Shown: positions 36,536 to 45,741 of the stretch, in pieces
Layout: each line of letters starts with the position of its first letter
Numbering within the stretch: the stretch's first letter is position 1
Source of the DNA: Candidatus Levyibacteriota bacterium
GTDB lineage: Bacteria > Patescibacteriota > Microgenomatia > Levybacterales > UBA12049
Direction: 5' to 3'
Assembly (NCBI GenBank): GCA_049519175.1
Contig: JBEKQZ010000001.1
Span: forward strand, 224,043-288,042
Length of the DNA: 64,000 nt
The notes under the pieces: generated by a model
The model's input: the letters and a program-made list of their open reading frames with translations, nothing else
Told to the model about the DNA's origin: nothing
Databases searched by the model: none
Translations under genes and position numbers: made by a program

Positions 36536-38356
36536 ATGATAAAGTTAAGCGACTACGTATGTAATTTCTTTTCCGCAAAAGGCATAACCCATGCTTTCGT
36601 ATTGGGGGGAGGAGGCAACATGCACCTCATAGACTCCGTTGATAAAAGTAAACTCGAATATGTGTGTAACCTACATGAACAAGCAGCTTCTTATGCCGCG
36701 GAAGGATATGCTAGGGTAACAGGAAAACCGGGTCTTGTTATTATCACAACCGGTCCGGGAGGAACAAATACAATGTCGGGAGTTTTAGGCTGTTGGCAGG
36801 ATTCAATTCCGATGTTTGTTATTTCCGGACAAATCGCCAGGAGATTTATGGGCGCGGGGACAAAAATGGGAGTAAGGCAGTTGGGGGTCCAAGAGATGAA
36901 TATCGTTGACGTGGCAAAGCCAATGGTTAAATATGCTTCGGTAGTAATGGACCCATTAGATATTAGATATGAACTGGAAAAAGCCTGGCATTTGTCTACA
37001 ACCGGCAGACAGGGGCCGGTTTGGCTAGATATTCCACTTGATGTGCAAAGCGCGATGATTGATGAAAAGAAATTAAAAAAGTTTAATCCTAAGGAAATTA
37101 CCCCCGATTATATTACTAACAAAAAAGCAATAGAAAAATTGGTAAAACAGACGCTCAAAAAGATTTCAGAGTCCCAAAGGCCCGTCTTATACGCGGGAAA
37201 CGGAATTAGGCTGAGTGGTGCTTATGCTGATTTCTTAAAACTAATAAACCTCTTAAAAATTCCGGTTTTAACCAGTTATGTTGGATACGATATGGTGCCA
37301 TCGAACCATCCTTATTTTTTTGGCAGAGCTCATGCCATGGGACAAAGAGCCGGGAATTTAATTATTCAAAACAGTGACTTATTGTTTAACATCGGTGCAA
37401 GATTGGATGTTCTCACGATGGGTTATGAAAAAGAAAAATTTGCCAGGGCAGCTTATAAAATTATGGTAGATATTGATAAACACGAAATAGAAAAGCCCAC
37501 GTTGTATGTCGACTTAGGTATAAATACCGACGCAAAGTTATTTATCCAAGAAATGATTAGGCAACTTAAAAAGAAACCGCTTAGATTAAATATTAAGTCC
37601 TGGTTGGATTATGGACGAAGGATGAATAAGAAATATCCAAATGTCCCGAAAGAACTATGGGAAGGAAAAAAATATGTTAACCCGTATTGCTTTATCGAAG
37701 AAAGCTGTAAGCAATTTAAGCCCAATGAAATAATTGTTCTGGCTAATGGGGTAAACGTTTTAAACTGTTCGTATCAAGCTTTTATCGTAAAAAAGGGACA
37801 ACGTATAATTCTTAATCTTGGATCAGCTCCCATTGGGTATGGGCTACCTGCGGCGATAGGCGTAAGTTTTGCCTTCAATAATAAAAAAAGGATAATTTGC
37901 ATGGAAGGCGACGGCAGTATTCAGGTGAACATTCAAGAATTACAAACAGTAAGGCACTACAATCTTCCGATTAAAATATTTATACACAGTAACGGAGGAT
38001 ACTTATCCAATCGGAACACCCAGAAAAATTTGTTTGGAGGAAGATATGTAGCATCGGGAACAGACAGCCATATTACTTCTCCCGATTTTGTAAAAGTAGG
38101 AAAAGCTTATGGAATTAAATCAATAAGAATAAATAACCACAAAGAGATGAAAGCAAAAATAAAGTATGTCCTGAATTATCCGGGACCGATTATTTGTGAT
38201 ATTAATGCGCTTAAAGATATGAGTTTAACGCCTAAGTTGTTAACAAAAAAGAGGGCCGATGGAAGTTTTTATTCGCCTGCACTTGAGGATATGTGGCCTT
38301 TCTTGAGTAAGGAAGAATTGAAGGAGGAGATGTTCATTCCATTGCTAGATGAATAA
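36536..38356 (+). CDS. Thiamine-diphosphate-dependent enzyme, acetolactate synthase large-subunit-like (YerE-like candidate)
   Basis: N-terminal Pyr domain: ITHAFVLGGGGNMHLID..ASYAAEGYARVTGKPGLVIITTGPGGTN. C-terminal ThDP motif: GSAPIGYGLPAAIG..CMEGDGSIQVNIQELQT..HSNGGY. 606 aa. Confidence 0.85.
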   Translation: MIKLSDYVCNFFSAKGITHAFVLGGGGNMHLIDSVDKSKLEYVCNLHEQAASYAAEGYARVTGKPGLVIITTGPGGTNTMSGVLGCWQDSIPMFVISGQIARRFMGAGTKMGVRQLGVQEMNIVDVAKPMVKYASVVMDPLDIRYELEKAWHLSTTGRQGPVWLDIPLDVQSAMIDEKKLKKFNPKEITPDYITNKKAIEKLVKQTLKKISESQRPVLYAGNGIRLSGAYADFLKLINLLKIPVLTSYVGYDMVPSNHPYFFGRAHAMGQRAGNLIIQNSDLLFNIGARLDVLTMGYEKEKFARAAYKIMVDIDKHEIEKPTLYVDLGINTDAKLFIQEMIRQLKKKPLRLNIKSWLDYGRRMNKKYPNVPKELWEGKKYVNPYCFIEESCKQFKPNEIIVLANGVNVLNCSYQAFIVKKGQRIILNLGSAPIGYGLPAAIGVSFAFNNKKRIICMEGDGSIQVNIQELQTVRHYNLPIKIFIHSNGGYLSNRNTQKNLFGGRYVASGTDSHITSPDFVKVGKAYGIKSIRINNHKEMKAKIKYVLNYPGPIICDINALKDMSLTPKLLTKKRADGSFYSPALEDMWPFLSKEELKEEMFIPLLDE

Positions 38357-38360
38357 TAGA

Positions 38361-39227
38361 ATGAATATACTGATAACAGGAGCTAACGGATTTCTAGGTA
38401 AGCATCTCAAAGAAAATCTTGGCAATAAATACACTCTCTTTACCCCGTCCCACAAAGAACTAGATCTTCTTGATGAAAATGCAGTCGAGAAATTTTTTAA
38501 GACACATAAGATAGACGTAGTTATTCATACCGCTTTAGTAGGTGGAAGCAGAAAAGAGGAAGAGACGGAGAGCGCTTTAGAGCAAAACTTAAGGATGTTT
38601 TTTAATATCGTGAGGAACAAAAAACATTTTAAGAAAATGATTCATTGTGGCTCCGGAGCGGAATATGATAAGCGTTTTCCAATAGCGAAAGTTAAAGAAG
38701 AAGATTTCGATAAAAGAGTTCCGGCAGATGAATATGGGTTTGCCAAGTATCTCTGTTCAAAATATATCGAAAACAGCGAGGATATAGTTTGTTTAAGAAT
38801 TTTTGCGTTATTTGGTAAAGGTGAAGATTACAGATACCGTTTTATTTCTAACGCGATGTGCAGGAACATTTTTGGCTTACCGATAACGATGAGACAGAAT
38901 GTTTACTTTGATTATATTTACATCAAAGACATAGTTAGAATAGTAGAATATTTTATAGGGCATAAGGCAAAACATAAATTTTACAACGCCGGGACAGGGA
39001 AGAGAGTGAGCTTAAAAACAATCGCCAAGAAAATCAATGAAATAGCAGATATTAAGTCAAAAGTGCTTATTAAAAAAACAGGATTAAATAAAGAATATTC
39101 GTGTAACAACAAAAGACTGGTCAAGGAACTCGGCAATTTTAAGTTCACGGATTTTAATGATTATATGAATGAGCTCTATTTATGGTATAAAGAGAATAAG
39201 AAATTAATTAAGAAGGATTTATTATGA
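38361..39227 (+). CDS. NAD(P)-dependent sugar epimerase/reductase (extended SDR, RmlD/GDP-fucose-synthase-like)
   Basis: MNILITGANGFLGKHL and YGFAKYLCSKY (YxxxK). The ORF track starts at 38349 (also ATG). Confidence 0.7.
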   Translation: MNILITGANGFLGKHLKENLGNKYTLFTPSHKELDLLDENAVEKFFKTHKIDVVIHTALVGGSRKEEETESALEQNLRMFFNIVRNKKHFKKMIHCGSGAEYDKRFPIAKVKEEDFDKRVPADEYGFAKYLCSKYIENSEDIVCLRIFALFGKGEDYRYRFISNAMCRNIFGLPITMRQNVYFDYIYIKDIVRIVEYFIGHKAKHKFYNAGTGKRVSLKTIAKKINEIADIKSKVLIKKTGLNKEYSCNNKRLVKELGNFKFTDFNDYMNELYLWYKENKKLIKKDLL

Positions 39228-39892
39228 AAAGAAAGACGGTTTTATTAACGGGGGCATCCAGGGGAATGGGAGCCGCAATTTATAAAAAGTTAAAAAAAGA
39301 TTACAACGTACTTACTCCGACAAGAAAGGAATTGGATTTATCGAATAACGCCTCTATAGACACATTTATTAAAAAGAATAAAAATACAAAAGTAGATATT
39401 ATTATTAACAACGCAGGAATTAATTTTCCACAATGGATTGAAGAGATGTCGGATGAAAATATCGAAAATACGGTGCAAACTAATTTAGTTGCCCCAATCA
39501 GGCTAATTAGAGGATTTGTTGGTAACATGAAAGAGAATCATTGGGGAAGGATTATAAACATAAGCTCGATGTTTGGAATTGTCGCAAGAGGTAAGCAGGT
39601 GCTCTACTCGGCAACAAAACACGGCATTAACGGCGTGACTAAAGCGTTAGCGCTTGAGCTGGCAAAAGACAATATCTTAGTTAACTCCGTTTGTCCCGGT
39701 TTCACAAAAACAGATATGGTTCTTAAAAAGAACAATCCGGAAAAAATTGCACTGCTTGAAAAAGACATTCCTTTGGGGAGACTGGCCGAACCTTCCGAAA
39801 TTGCAAATCTTGTTAAATTTCTGATTTCCGATGAGAGCACATATATTACTGGCTCCTGTATTCTTATCGATGGAGGGTTTACATCTAGATAA
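39224..39892 (+). CDS. Classical SDR oxidoreductase (FabG-like ketoreductase)
   Basis: VLLTGASRGMGAAI, NNAGI and YSATKHGINGVTKALALELA (catalytic YxxxK). Confidence 0.8.
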   Translation: MKRKTVLLTGASRGMGAAIYKKLKKDYNVLTPTRKELDLSNNASIDTFIKKNKNTKVDIIINNAGINFPQWIEEMSDENIENTVQTNLVAPIRLIRGFVGNMKENHWGRIINISSMFGIVARGKQVLYSATKHGINGVTKALALELAKDNILVNSVCPGFTKTDMVLKKNNPEKIALLEKDIPLGRLAEPSEIANLVKFLISDESTYITGSCILIDGGFTSR

Positions 39893-39897
39893 ATTTT

Positions 39898-40668
39898 ATG
39901 GCAATAAAAAATAATACTAGGAAAGTACCGTTATTGAGTTTATCTTTTAACGTTTATAACGAAGCAGCAAATGTGGAGAGAACATATAAGGAATGTAAAA
40001 ATATCCTTATTAAAGCAAAGATTCCTTATGAAATAATTCTGGTTGAAGGGGGTTCTAAAGACAATTCATGGAAAGTCTTACAAGCCTTGGCTAAAAAGAA
40101 TAAAGACTGCAGAGTTTTTCAGACGAAAATGGAACCAGGAAGAAAAGTAAATAAAGGAATGAGGGAAGCGCGGGGGAAATATTTTGGATATATGTGTTCG
40201 GACGGGCAGGACAACCCGAATGTTTTACCAAAATTCATAAAACTACTGGAAAGTAATAAAGCGGATTTCGTAAAAGCAAGAAGAGTTAACAGGATTTTTT
40301 GGGAGAGAAAAGTAATTTCAAGAGTGTACAATAGATTATCTGATTTACTTTTTGGGTTAGGTCTTAGTGATATTAATATGCATCCCAAAGTATTCAGGAG
40401 GGAACTGGTTAAAGGAATCAACCTTATTTCTGTTGGTGAAAGCATAGATTTAGAAGTTGTGTTACGGGCCCAGAAAAAAGGATATAGGATAGTCGAAATA
40501 CCGGTAAGGGAGAGAGTTAGAGGTGGAGGAAAATCAAGCGTCAATCCCTCAGTAGCACTGCATATGCTTACGGACATGCTTTCGTACAAATGGGGAAGGA
40601 AAAGCAAAATGTTAAATAGAAACATTAGCGGGGAAAAGCCTTCAAGGAAAGGATCTATAGCTAGCTAA
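39898..40668 (+). CDS. GT2-like glycosyltransferase (divergent; VEGGSKDNS in place of DDGS)
   Basis: LSLSFNVYNEAANV..IILVEGGSKDNS..CSDGQDNP. It has the general DPM1-like GT2 layout but atypical signature residues. Confidence 0.55.
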   Translation: MAIKNNTRKVPLLSLSFNVYNEAANVERTYKECKNILIKAKIPYEIILVEGGSKDNSWKVLQALAKKNKDCRVFQTKMEPGRKVNKGMREARGKYFGYMCSDGQDNPNVLPKFIKLLESNKADFVKARRVNRIFWERKVISRVYNRLSDLLFGLGLSDINMHPKVFRRELVKGINLISVGESIDLEVVLRAQKKGYRIVEIPVRERVRGGGKSSVNPSVALHMLTDMLSYKWGRKSKMLNRNISGEKPSRKGSIAS

Positions 40669-40677
40669 TTTTAGAAT

Positions 40678-41634
40678 ATGAAGAATAATCCGATCTATAA
40701 TACGATAAAATTAAAAGTTTTTAATAGAGGTTCTGTGGCGATATATCCAATAGTTTTAAAAAATCTTATGATAGATAAAGTTCGAACACTATTTTTATTA
40801 ATTCTAGTTAAAACTATTCGTTCCCGTTTTCTCGTAAAAACAATACGGGAGATTGACATTGATAAGCAGTCTATTTTGCTACGGCTTGAGAATGGGACAT
40901 CGTTTTTTCTTCCTACAGATAAGATTGACTCTTTAAATGGACTGCTGAGCGGAAAATTCGAAGAATCGGAAACCAGCCGCATGATTAAATATATTAAAAA
41001 GGGAGATGTAGTTTTAGATATCGGAGCAAATTATGGATTTTATACTGTTTTATTTTCGAAGTGGGTTGGTCAAGAAGGCAGGGTGCACGCTTTTGAACCC
41101 TTGCCATGGGCGATAACTCTGCTGGAGAAAAATTTATTGCTTAATAAAGCAACAGAAAACACTATTGTTAATAAATTTGGGTTGGGGGATAAAAAAAACA
41201 CAGCCGTAATATATAAATATGCTTGGTGTGATTCGGGATGGAGTTCTATGGAAAAACATGGTTGGATACCAACCAGCAATTCAAGATGTAAAATCATTAC
41301 GCTTGACGCTTACGTTAAAGAAAAGAAAATAAATAAGGTAGATTTCATAAAATGCGATATCGAAGGCGGGGAGCTTCCTGTATTTAAAGGGGCTCGTGCT
41401 ACATTAGCGAAATTTTCTCCTGTGATAATCTTCGAAGTTCTAAAGGCGTACGAAAAAGATTTTAACTATAAACCGCACGAGCTATATGATTATTTAACTT
41501 CATTAAATTATGACATATATAACGCGAGAGGAGATAAATTACGTTTAATTAAAAGTAATGAAAGTCATAGTATGTGGGGGTATTATTTAGCGATTCCACA
41601 TAAACATAAAAATACATTCAGCAAACATGAGTAA
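40678..41634 (+). CDS. FkbM-family SAM-dependent methyltransferase with N-terminal extension
   Basis: VLDIGANYGFYTV..VHAFEP..FIKCDIEGGELPVFKGA is typical of the FkbM (Methyltransf_21) domain. Confidence 0.75.
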   Translation: MKNNPIYNTIKLKVFNRGSVAIYPIVLKNLMIDKVRTLFLLILVKTIRSRFLVKTIREIDIDKQSILLRLENGTSFFLPTDKIDSLNGLLSGKFEESETSRMIKYIKKGDVVLDIGANYGFYTVLFSKWVGQEGRVHAFEPLPWAITLLEKNLLLNKATENTIVNKFGLGDKKNTAVIYKYAWCDSGWSSMEKHGWIPTSNSRCKIITLDAYVKEKKINKVDFIKCDIEGGELPVFKGARATLAKFSPVIIFEVLKAYEKDFNYKPHELYDYLTSLNYDIYNARGDKLRLIKSNESHSMWGYYLAIPHKHKNTFSKHE

Positions 41635-43678
41635 GAAAATATCTTCAAGAATAAAAATGCCTAGAAGAATCTTACTCTTTCTAATTTCTACATCATTTAT
41701 CCTGTTTGTCCTCTCTTTAGGCTATTTCCTTTTCGTAAATAGTGATCAGACAAATAACACACCTTACTACAAAGCGTCCGGTGCGCAAAACACTAATCTC
41801 ACGATAATTACACAAAAAGAATCGTGGTCAAAACAAAATCCTCAAAACTTGACTGAGCTATTTGCAAAAAAAACGATTGTAGGAACTTTTGTTGCGCAAG
41901 CCGATAACTTGGGGATTATCGAAATTCCTTTTGATACACATAACAGAAGTATCGATGATAAAGTCATTTTCCGCATAAAGGCAAACGGAGAAAAGAATTG
42001 GTATTTTCAAAGCGTCTACAATGCCGGTCAATTCCAAACAGATGTTCCTTTCCCTTTTGGTATTCCTGTAATCAAGAATTCTAGAAATAATAGGTATACC
42101 TTTGAAATCGAGTCGCTGGATGGAAGACCGAATAACTCAATCTCCTTAAGTAAAGCCAGTCCCTATTTCTTCAGTAAATACAAATTTTCTAAGGCAGAAC
42201 TGACCAGAAATCCTTTAACGTTGATTCAATTCATTGTTGTTAAAGCAATTAATCAGTTACCGCTTCTTACAGGTTACGAAATTGTTATCCTAGCCCTTTT
42301 TATACTTGCTCCCTTTTTACTCTATTTTGTTTTAATAGACTCTATAAGGAGGTTTAAGAAGTGGGTTGAAGCTACTATTCATTTAATTTCCGCGGCCAAG
42401 ATTAAAACATATCTGTCGCGATTGAAAAGGGTAAATTATAATTTGAGATACGCATTGGATAGAAAAGATAAGATAAGACTTTGCTGTTCGATAATTAGCG
42501 TTGGTTTGTTCTCCTCAGTGGCTTTTCATTATTTTCAAGGAGCGTATTATGGGCAAGGCTTTCCTCGGAATACATTTATTCCTAACTGGTTTTTTGGTGA
42601 TTTTTTTGCCGTTTTTGAACAATGGAGAAACTATCAATTTAACGGGATAGGGTTTGGTTTGTCTTATTTTCCGGGGACATATCTATTTATGGATTTGATG
42701 ACAAAATTATTTAATGCATACGTTGCGGTTCTGATAATGCTTATTTCTTTTACAGTCTTTCTATTTGCCTATACCTATAAAAATGTCAAAATTAATAAAA
42801 TCCTGGAATCTCTACGGAATGCTTTTATTATTTCCCTAATGTCTTATCCTTTTCTCTTTGCATTTCAAACTGCCAATCTTGAAATAATTACTTTTATAGC
42901 TGTCTGTCTGTTCTTTATCTTTTACAAAAAACATAAAACACTTAGTGTACTAGCTCTAGCATATGCCATTTCGATGAAACTTTTCCCCGGAGTTTTTATC
43001 ATCTTGTTATTGTTGGAAAAAAGATTTAAAGACATATTCTTAACTTGTGTATTCACTGTTTTCTTTACAATTTTACCTCTGCTTATTTTTGACGGAGGAT
43101 TCAACAAGGGCATCGGAAACTATATAAATAATTTTAAAGGAAGCCAACAACTATATTCCAACTTAATGATTCTAGGCGAGTCGGGGAATCATTATGGTCA
43201 TAGTCTATTAAATGGTTTTAGAGCTCTGTTTCCTTGGGTATTTCCTTCATCAATAGAGCCTATTCTATTTTCCTATATAATTTTTATTTCAATCATTACA
43301 TTGGCTATTATTGGTTATCTTTTCTTCTTTGAAAAAACATTCTGGAAAAGGGTAGCCTGTTTAGTGATGATGATGAACCTATTTCCTTTCACTTCTACAG
43401 ACTACAAGTTACTTTATATTTTTTTACCCTTGTTTTTTCTGATAAATCATTTAAAAAAAAGTAAGTATGATGCTATTTTTATCATCCTTTTCTCTTTGTT
43501 ATTGATTCCTAAGGATTACTTTTATTTTAATAATAACGCTTTTTCTAATCTTAATGTTGTTGCTAATCCAATTATTATGTCAACAATATTATTGTTAATC
43601 ATTTTCTTAGGGATTAAACAGAGCTTAGGTAAGGTAAGAAATACAGTCAATAATAAATTATTTAGTAAAATAGCGTAA
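41627..43678 (+). CDS. Membrane protein: signal-anchor + novel conserved extracytoplasmic domain + GT87/DUF2029-like polytopic GT-C-like domain
   Basis: N-dom: DNLGIIEIPFDTHNRSIDDKVIFRIK..NWYFQSVYNAGQFQTDVPFPFGIPVI..FEIESLDGRPNNSISL. C-dom: AYAISMKLFPGVFIILLLLEKRFKD..LPLLIFDGGFN. It is the tandem paralog of the 43684 gene. Confidence 0.5.
   Translation: MSKKISSRIKMPRRILLFLISTSFILFVLSLGYFLFVNSDQTNNTPYYKASGAQNTNLTIITQKESWSKQNPQNLTELFAKKTIVGTFVAQADNLGIIEIPFDTHNRSIDDKVIFRIKANGEKNWYFQSVYNAGQFQTDVPFPFGIPVIKNSRNNRYTFEIESLDGRPNNSISLSKASPYFFSKYKFSKAELTRNPLTLIQFIVVKAINQLPLLTGYEIVILALFILAPFLLYFVLIDSIRRFKKWVEATIHLISAAKIKTYLSRLKRVNYNLRYALDRKDKIRLCCSIISVGLFSSVAFHYFQGAYYGQGFPRNTFIPNWFFGDFFAVFEQWRNYQFNGIGFGLSYFPGTYLFMDLMTKLFNAYVAVLIMLISFTVFLFAYTYKNVKINKILESLRNAFIISLMSYPFLFAFQTANLEIITFIAVCLFFIFYKKHKTLSVLALAYAISMKLFPGVFIILLLLEKRFKDIFLTCVFTVFFTILPLLIFDGGFNKGIGNYINNFKGSQQLYSNLMILGESGNHYGHSLLNGFRALFPWVFPSSIEPILFSYIIFISIITLAIIGYLFFFEKTFWKRVACLVMMMNLFPFTSTDYKLLYIFLPLFFLINHLKKSKYDAIFIILFSLLLIPKDYFYFNNNAFSNLNVVANPIIMSTILLLIIFLGIKQSLGKVRNTVNNKLFSKIA
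42961..43092 (+). repeat. About 132-nt tract nearly identical (1 mismatch) to 45012-45143 in the tandem paralog (gene-conversion tract)
   Basis: By direct comparison, atatgccatttcgatgaaacttttccccggagtttttatcat[c/t]ttgttattgttggaaaaaagatttaaagacatattcttaacttgtgtattcactgttttctttacaattttacctctgcttatttttga is shared. The flanks diverge. Confidence 0.7.
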
Positions 43679-43683
43679 GGTAT

Positions 43684-45732
43684 ATGAGCAAACAGATTTT
43701 TTTAATCAGGCGCATTTCCAAAAGAACATTTTTCTTTTTGATTCTCACATCACTTGTCCTGTTTGTTCTCTCTTTAGGATATTTCCTTTTCGTAAATAGC
43801 GATCAAACAAATAACACCTATTATTATAAAGAGTTAGGTAGACAGGATACCAGCATTACAACGATTACGTTAAAGGAATCTTGGTCAAAGAATGTCTTAC
43901 AAGACAGAAAAGCATTGCTGACGAAAGAAGTCATTGAAGGAAATTTTATCGCGCGAACCGATAATTTGGGAACAATCGCCATACCATTTGATACACACAA
44001 TAAGAGCATTAACGATAAGGTAATTTTCCGTTTGAAAGAAACGGGGCAGAAAGAGTGGTATTTTCAAAGTATTTACAATACGAGTCAATTTCAAAATGAC
44101 ATTCCTTTTCCCTTCGGTTTTCCTATAATCACAAATTCAAAGGATAAAGCTTACACATTCCAGATAGAATCATTAACAGGGAAATATAATAATTCTATTT
44201 CCCTTAATAAGACTAATGGCTATTTCTTTAGCAAATATCAATATTCTAAAGCGGAATTAATAAACAATCCTTCCAGACTGGTTCAATTTCTTACTATTAA
44301 AATCAATGCTCAATTACCATCATTTACTCCAATTGAGGGTTTTTACGCACTCCTCTTTGCTTTAGCTCCCTTTTTACTCTACCCGATTCTAAGAACGCGT
44401 AGTAAGCAGCTTAAAAAGCTGATTAGGACTAAGAGGGCACTATTTACAATAACTAACATCAAAACATATCTTTTGTATTTAAAAAGAGTCAGTTATAATT
44501 TGAGTTACTCTTTGAAGAGAAAGGATAAAATTAAAATCTGCGCTTTAATAGTTAGCGCCGGTTTTTTCTTCGCGGTGGGCTTTCATTTTTTTCAAGGGAT
44601 ATATTATGAAAGAGGGTTTCCCGTAAATTCGTTCTTGCCTAATAATTTTTTTGGTGATTTTTTTATTGTTTTCAATCAATGGAACTGGTATAAATTTAGC
44701 AGTTTTGGTTTAAATTATTTTCCGGGAGCCTATCTTATTGTCGATTTATTAACGAAACTTTTTACTGCATATACAGCAATTGTTATTTACCTATTCTTCT
44801 TTATTACCTTTATATTCTCATACACATACATAAATGTTAAGACAGATAAAGTAATCGAATCTTTGCAATATGCTTTTATCATTTCCTTAATGTCTTATCC
44901 TTTTCTTTTCGCTTTTAACACCGCTAATTTTGAAATAATTACCTTTATATCTATTTGTTTATTTTTTATTTTTTACAAAAAACATAGAACACTTAGTGCT
45001 CTAGCCCTGGCATATGCCATTTCGATGAAACTTTTCCCCGGAGTTTTTATCATTTTGTTATTGTTGGAAAAAAGATTTAAAGACATATTCTTAACTTGTG
45101 TATTCACTGTTTTCTTTACAATTTTACCTCTGCTTATTTTTGATGGAGGATTTAATAACGGAGTAGGGAATTATATTAATCATTTTAGCCGGAGTATGAG
45201 CGCATACGCCGAGTTAATGGTCGTAAGCGGCGCAGGAAATCACTACGGCCACAGTTTGTTAAATGGTCTTTTTGCGCTTTTTACCTGGATGTTTCCTCTT
45301 CTAAGACAAATTATGCTTCCGTATATAATTATTATTTCGATAAGTTCAGTAGTGATTATTTTATATCTTATATTCTTTGAAAAAATATTTTGGAGAAGAG
45401 TCGCATGCCTGGTTATGATGATGAATCTTTTTCCCATTGTTTCTACCGATTACAAATTGCTTTATGTTTTTATACCGTTGTTTTTATTTATTAATTATTT
45501 CAAGAAGGACAAATACGATACTCTTTTTATTATTCTTTTTAGCTTATTATTAATCCCTAAGGATTATTTTTATTTCAATGGCGACCCATACATGAGCTCT
45601 AATATTGTTGCTAATCCGTTGATTATGTCGGTGATATTATTAGCTATTATATTATCAGGATTAAAACCATTAAGTCTTTTTGCAAACGTGATTCGAAGAA
45701 GATTTCGAATTTTGAGTAATTTGGCAAGTTAA
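43684..45732 (+). CDS. Membrane protein: novel conserved N-terminal domain + GT87/DUF2029-like GT-C-like domain (tandem paralog)
   Basis: DNLGTIAIPFDTHNKSINDKVIFRLKETGQKEWYFQSIYNTSQFQNDIPFPFGFPIIT..FQIESLTGKYNNSISLN. C-dom identical peptide AYAISMKLFPGVFIILLLLEKRFKDIFLTCVFTVFFTILPLLIFDGGFN. Confidence 0.5.
   Translation: MSKQIFLIRRISKRTFFFLILTSLVLFVLSLGYFLFVNSDQTNNTYYYKELGRQDTSITTITLKESWSKNVLQDRKALLTKEVIEGNFIARTDNLGTIAIPFDTHNKSINDKVIFRLKETGQKEWYFQSIYNTSQFQNDIPFPFGFPIITNSKDKAYTFQIESLTGKYNNSISLNKTNGYFFSKYQYSKAELINNPSRLVQFLTIKINAQLPSFTPIEGFYALLFALAPFLLYPILRTRSKQLKKLIRTKRALFTITNIKTYLLYLKRVSYNLSYSLKRKDKIKICALIVSAGFFFAVGFHFFQGIYYERGFPVNSFLPNNFFGDFFIVFNQWNWYKFSSFGLNYFPGAYLIVDLLTKLFTAYTAIVIYLFFFITFIFSYTYINVKTDKVIESLQYAFIISLMSYPFLFAFNTANFEIITFISICLFFIFYKKHRTLSALALAYAISMKLFPGVFIILLLLEKRFKDIFLTCVFTVFFTILPLLIFDGGFNNGVGNYINHFSRSMSAYAELMVVSGAGNHYGHSLLNGLFALFTWMFPLLRQIMLPYIIIISISSVVIILYLIFFEKIFWRRVACLVMMMNLFPIVSTDYKLLYVFIPLFLFINYFKKDKYDTLFIILFSLLLIPKDYFYFNGDPYMSSNIVANPLIMSVILLAIILSGLKPLSLFANVIRRRFRILSNLAS
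45012..45143 (+). repeat. Partner copy of the 42961-43092 near-identical tract
   Basis: See the 42961-43092 entry. Confidence 0.7.
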
Positions 45733-45741
45733 CCATAAGCT

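Noticed and set aside
36536-38356. Possibility that the ThDP enzyme is simply housekeeping acetolactate synthase (IlvB)
   Set aside because: It is not rejected outright. There is no ilvN/ilvC/ilvD nearby, and its placement between sugar-modifying genes makes a YerE-like sugar-branching role more parsimonious. The alternative is kept as a refutation criterion.
40119-40625. 168-aa ORF on the minus strand, antisense to the GT2-like gene 39898-40668
   Set aside because: It overlaps a well-supported + strand coding region entirely. It has no recognisable motifs and an odd composition. It is a typical spurious antisense ORF in AT-rich DNA. The same applies to the other minus-strand ORFs in the track (for example 28641-29036, 2112-2518, 9496-10146, 35699-35983).
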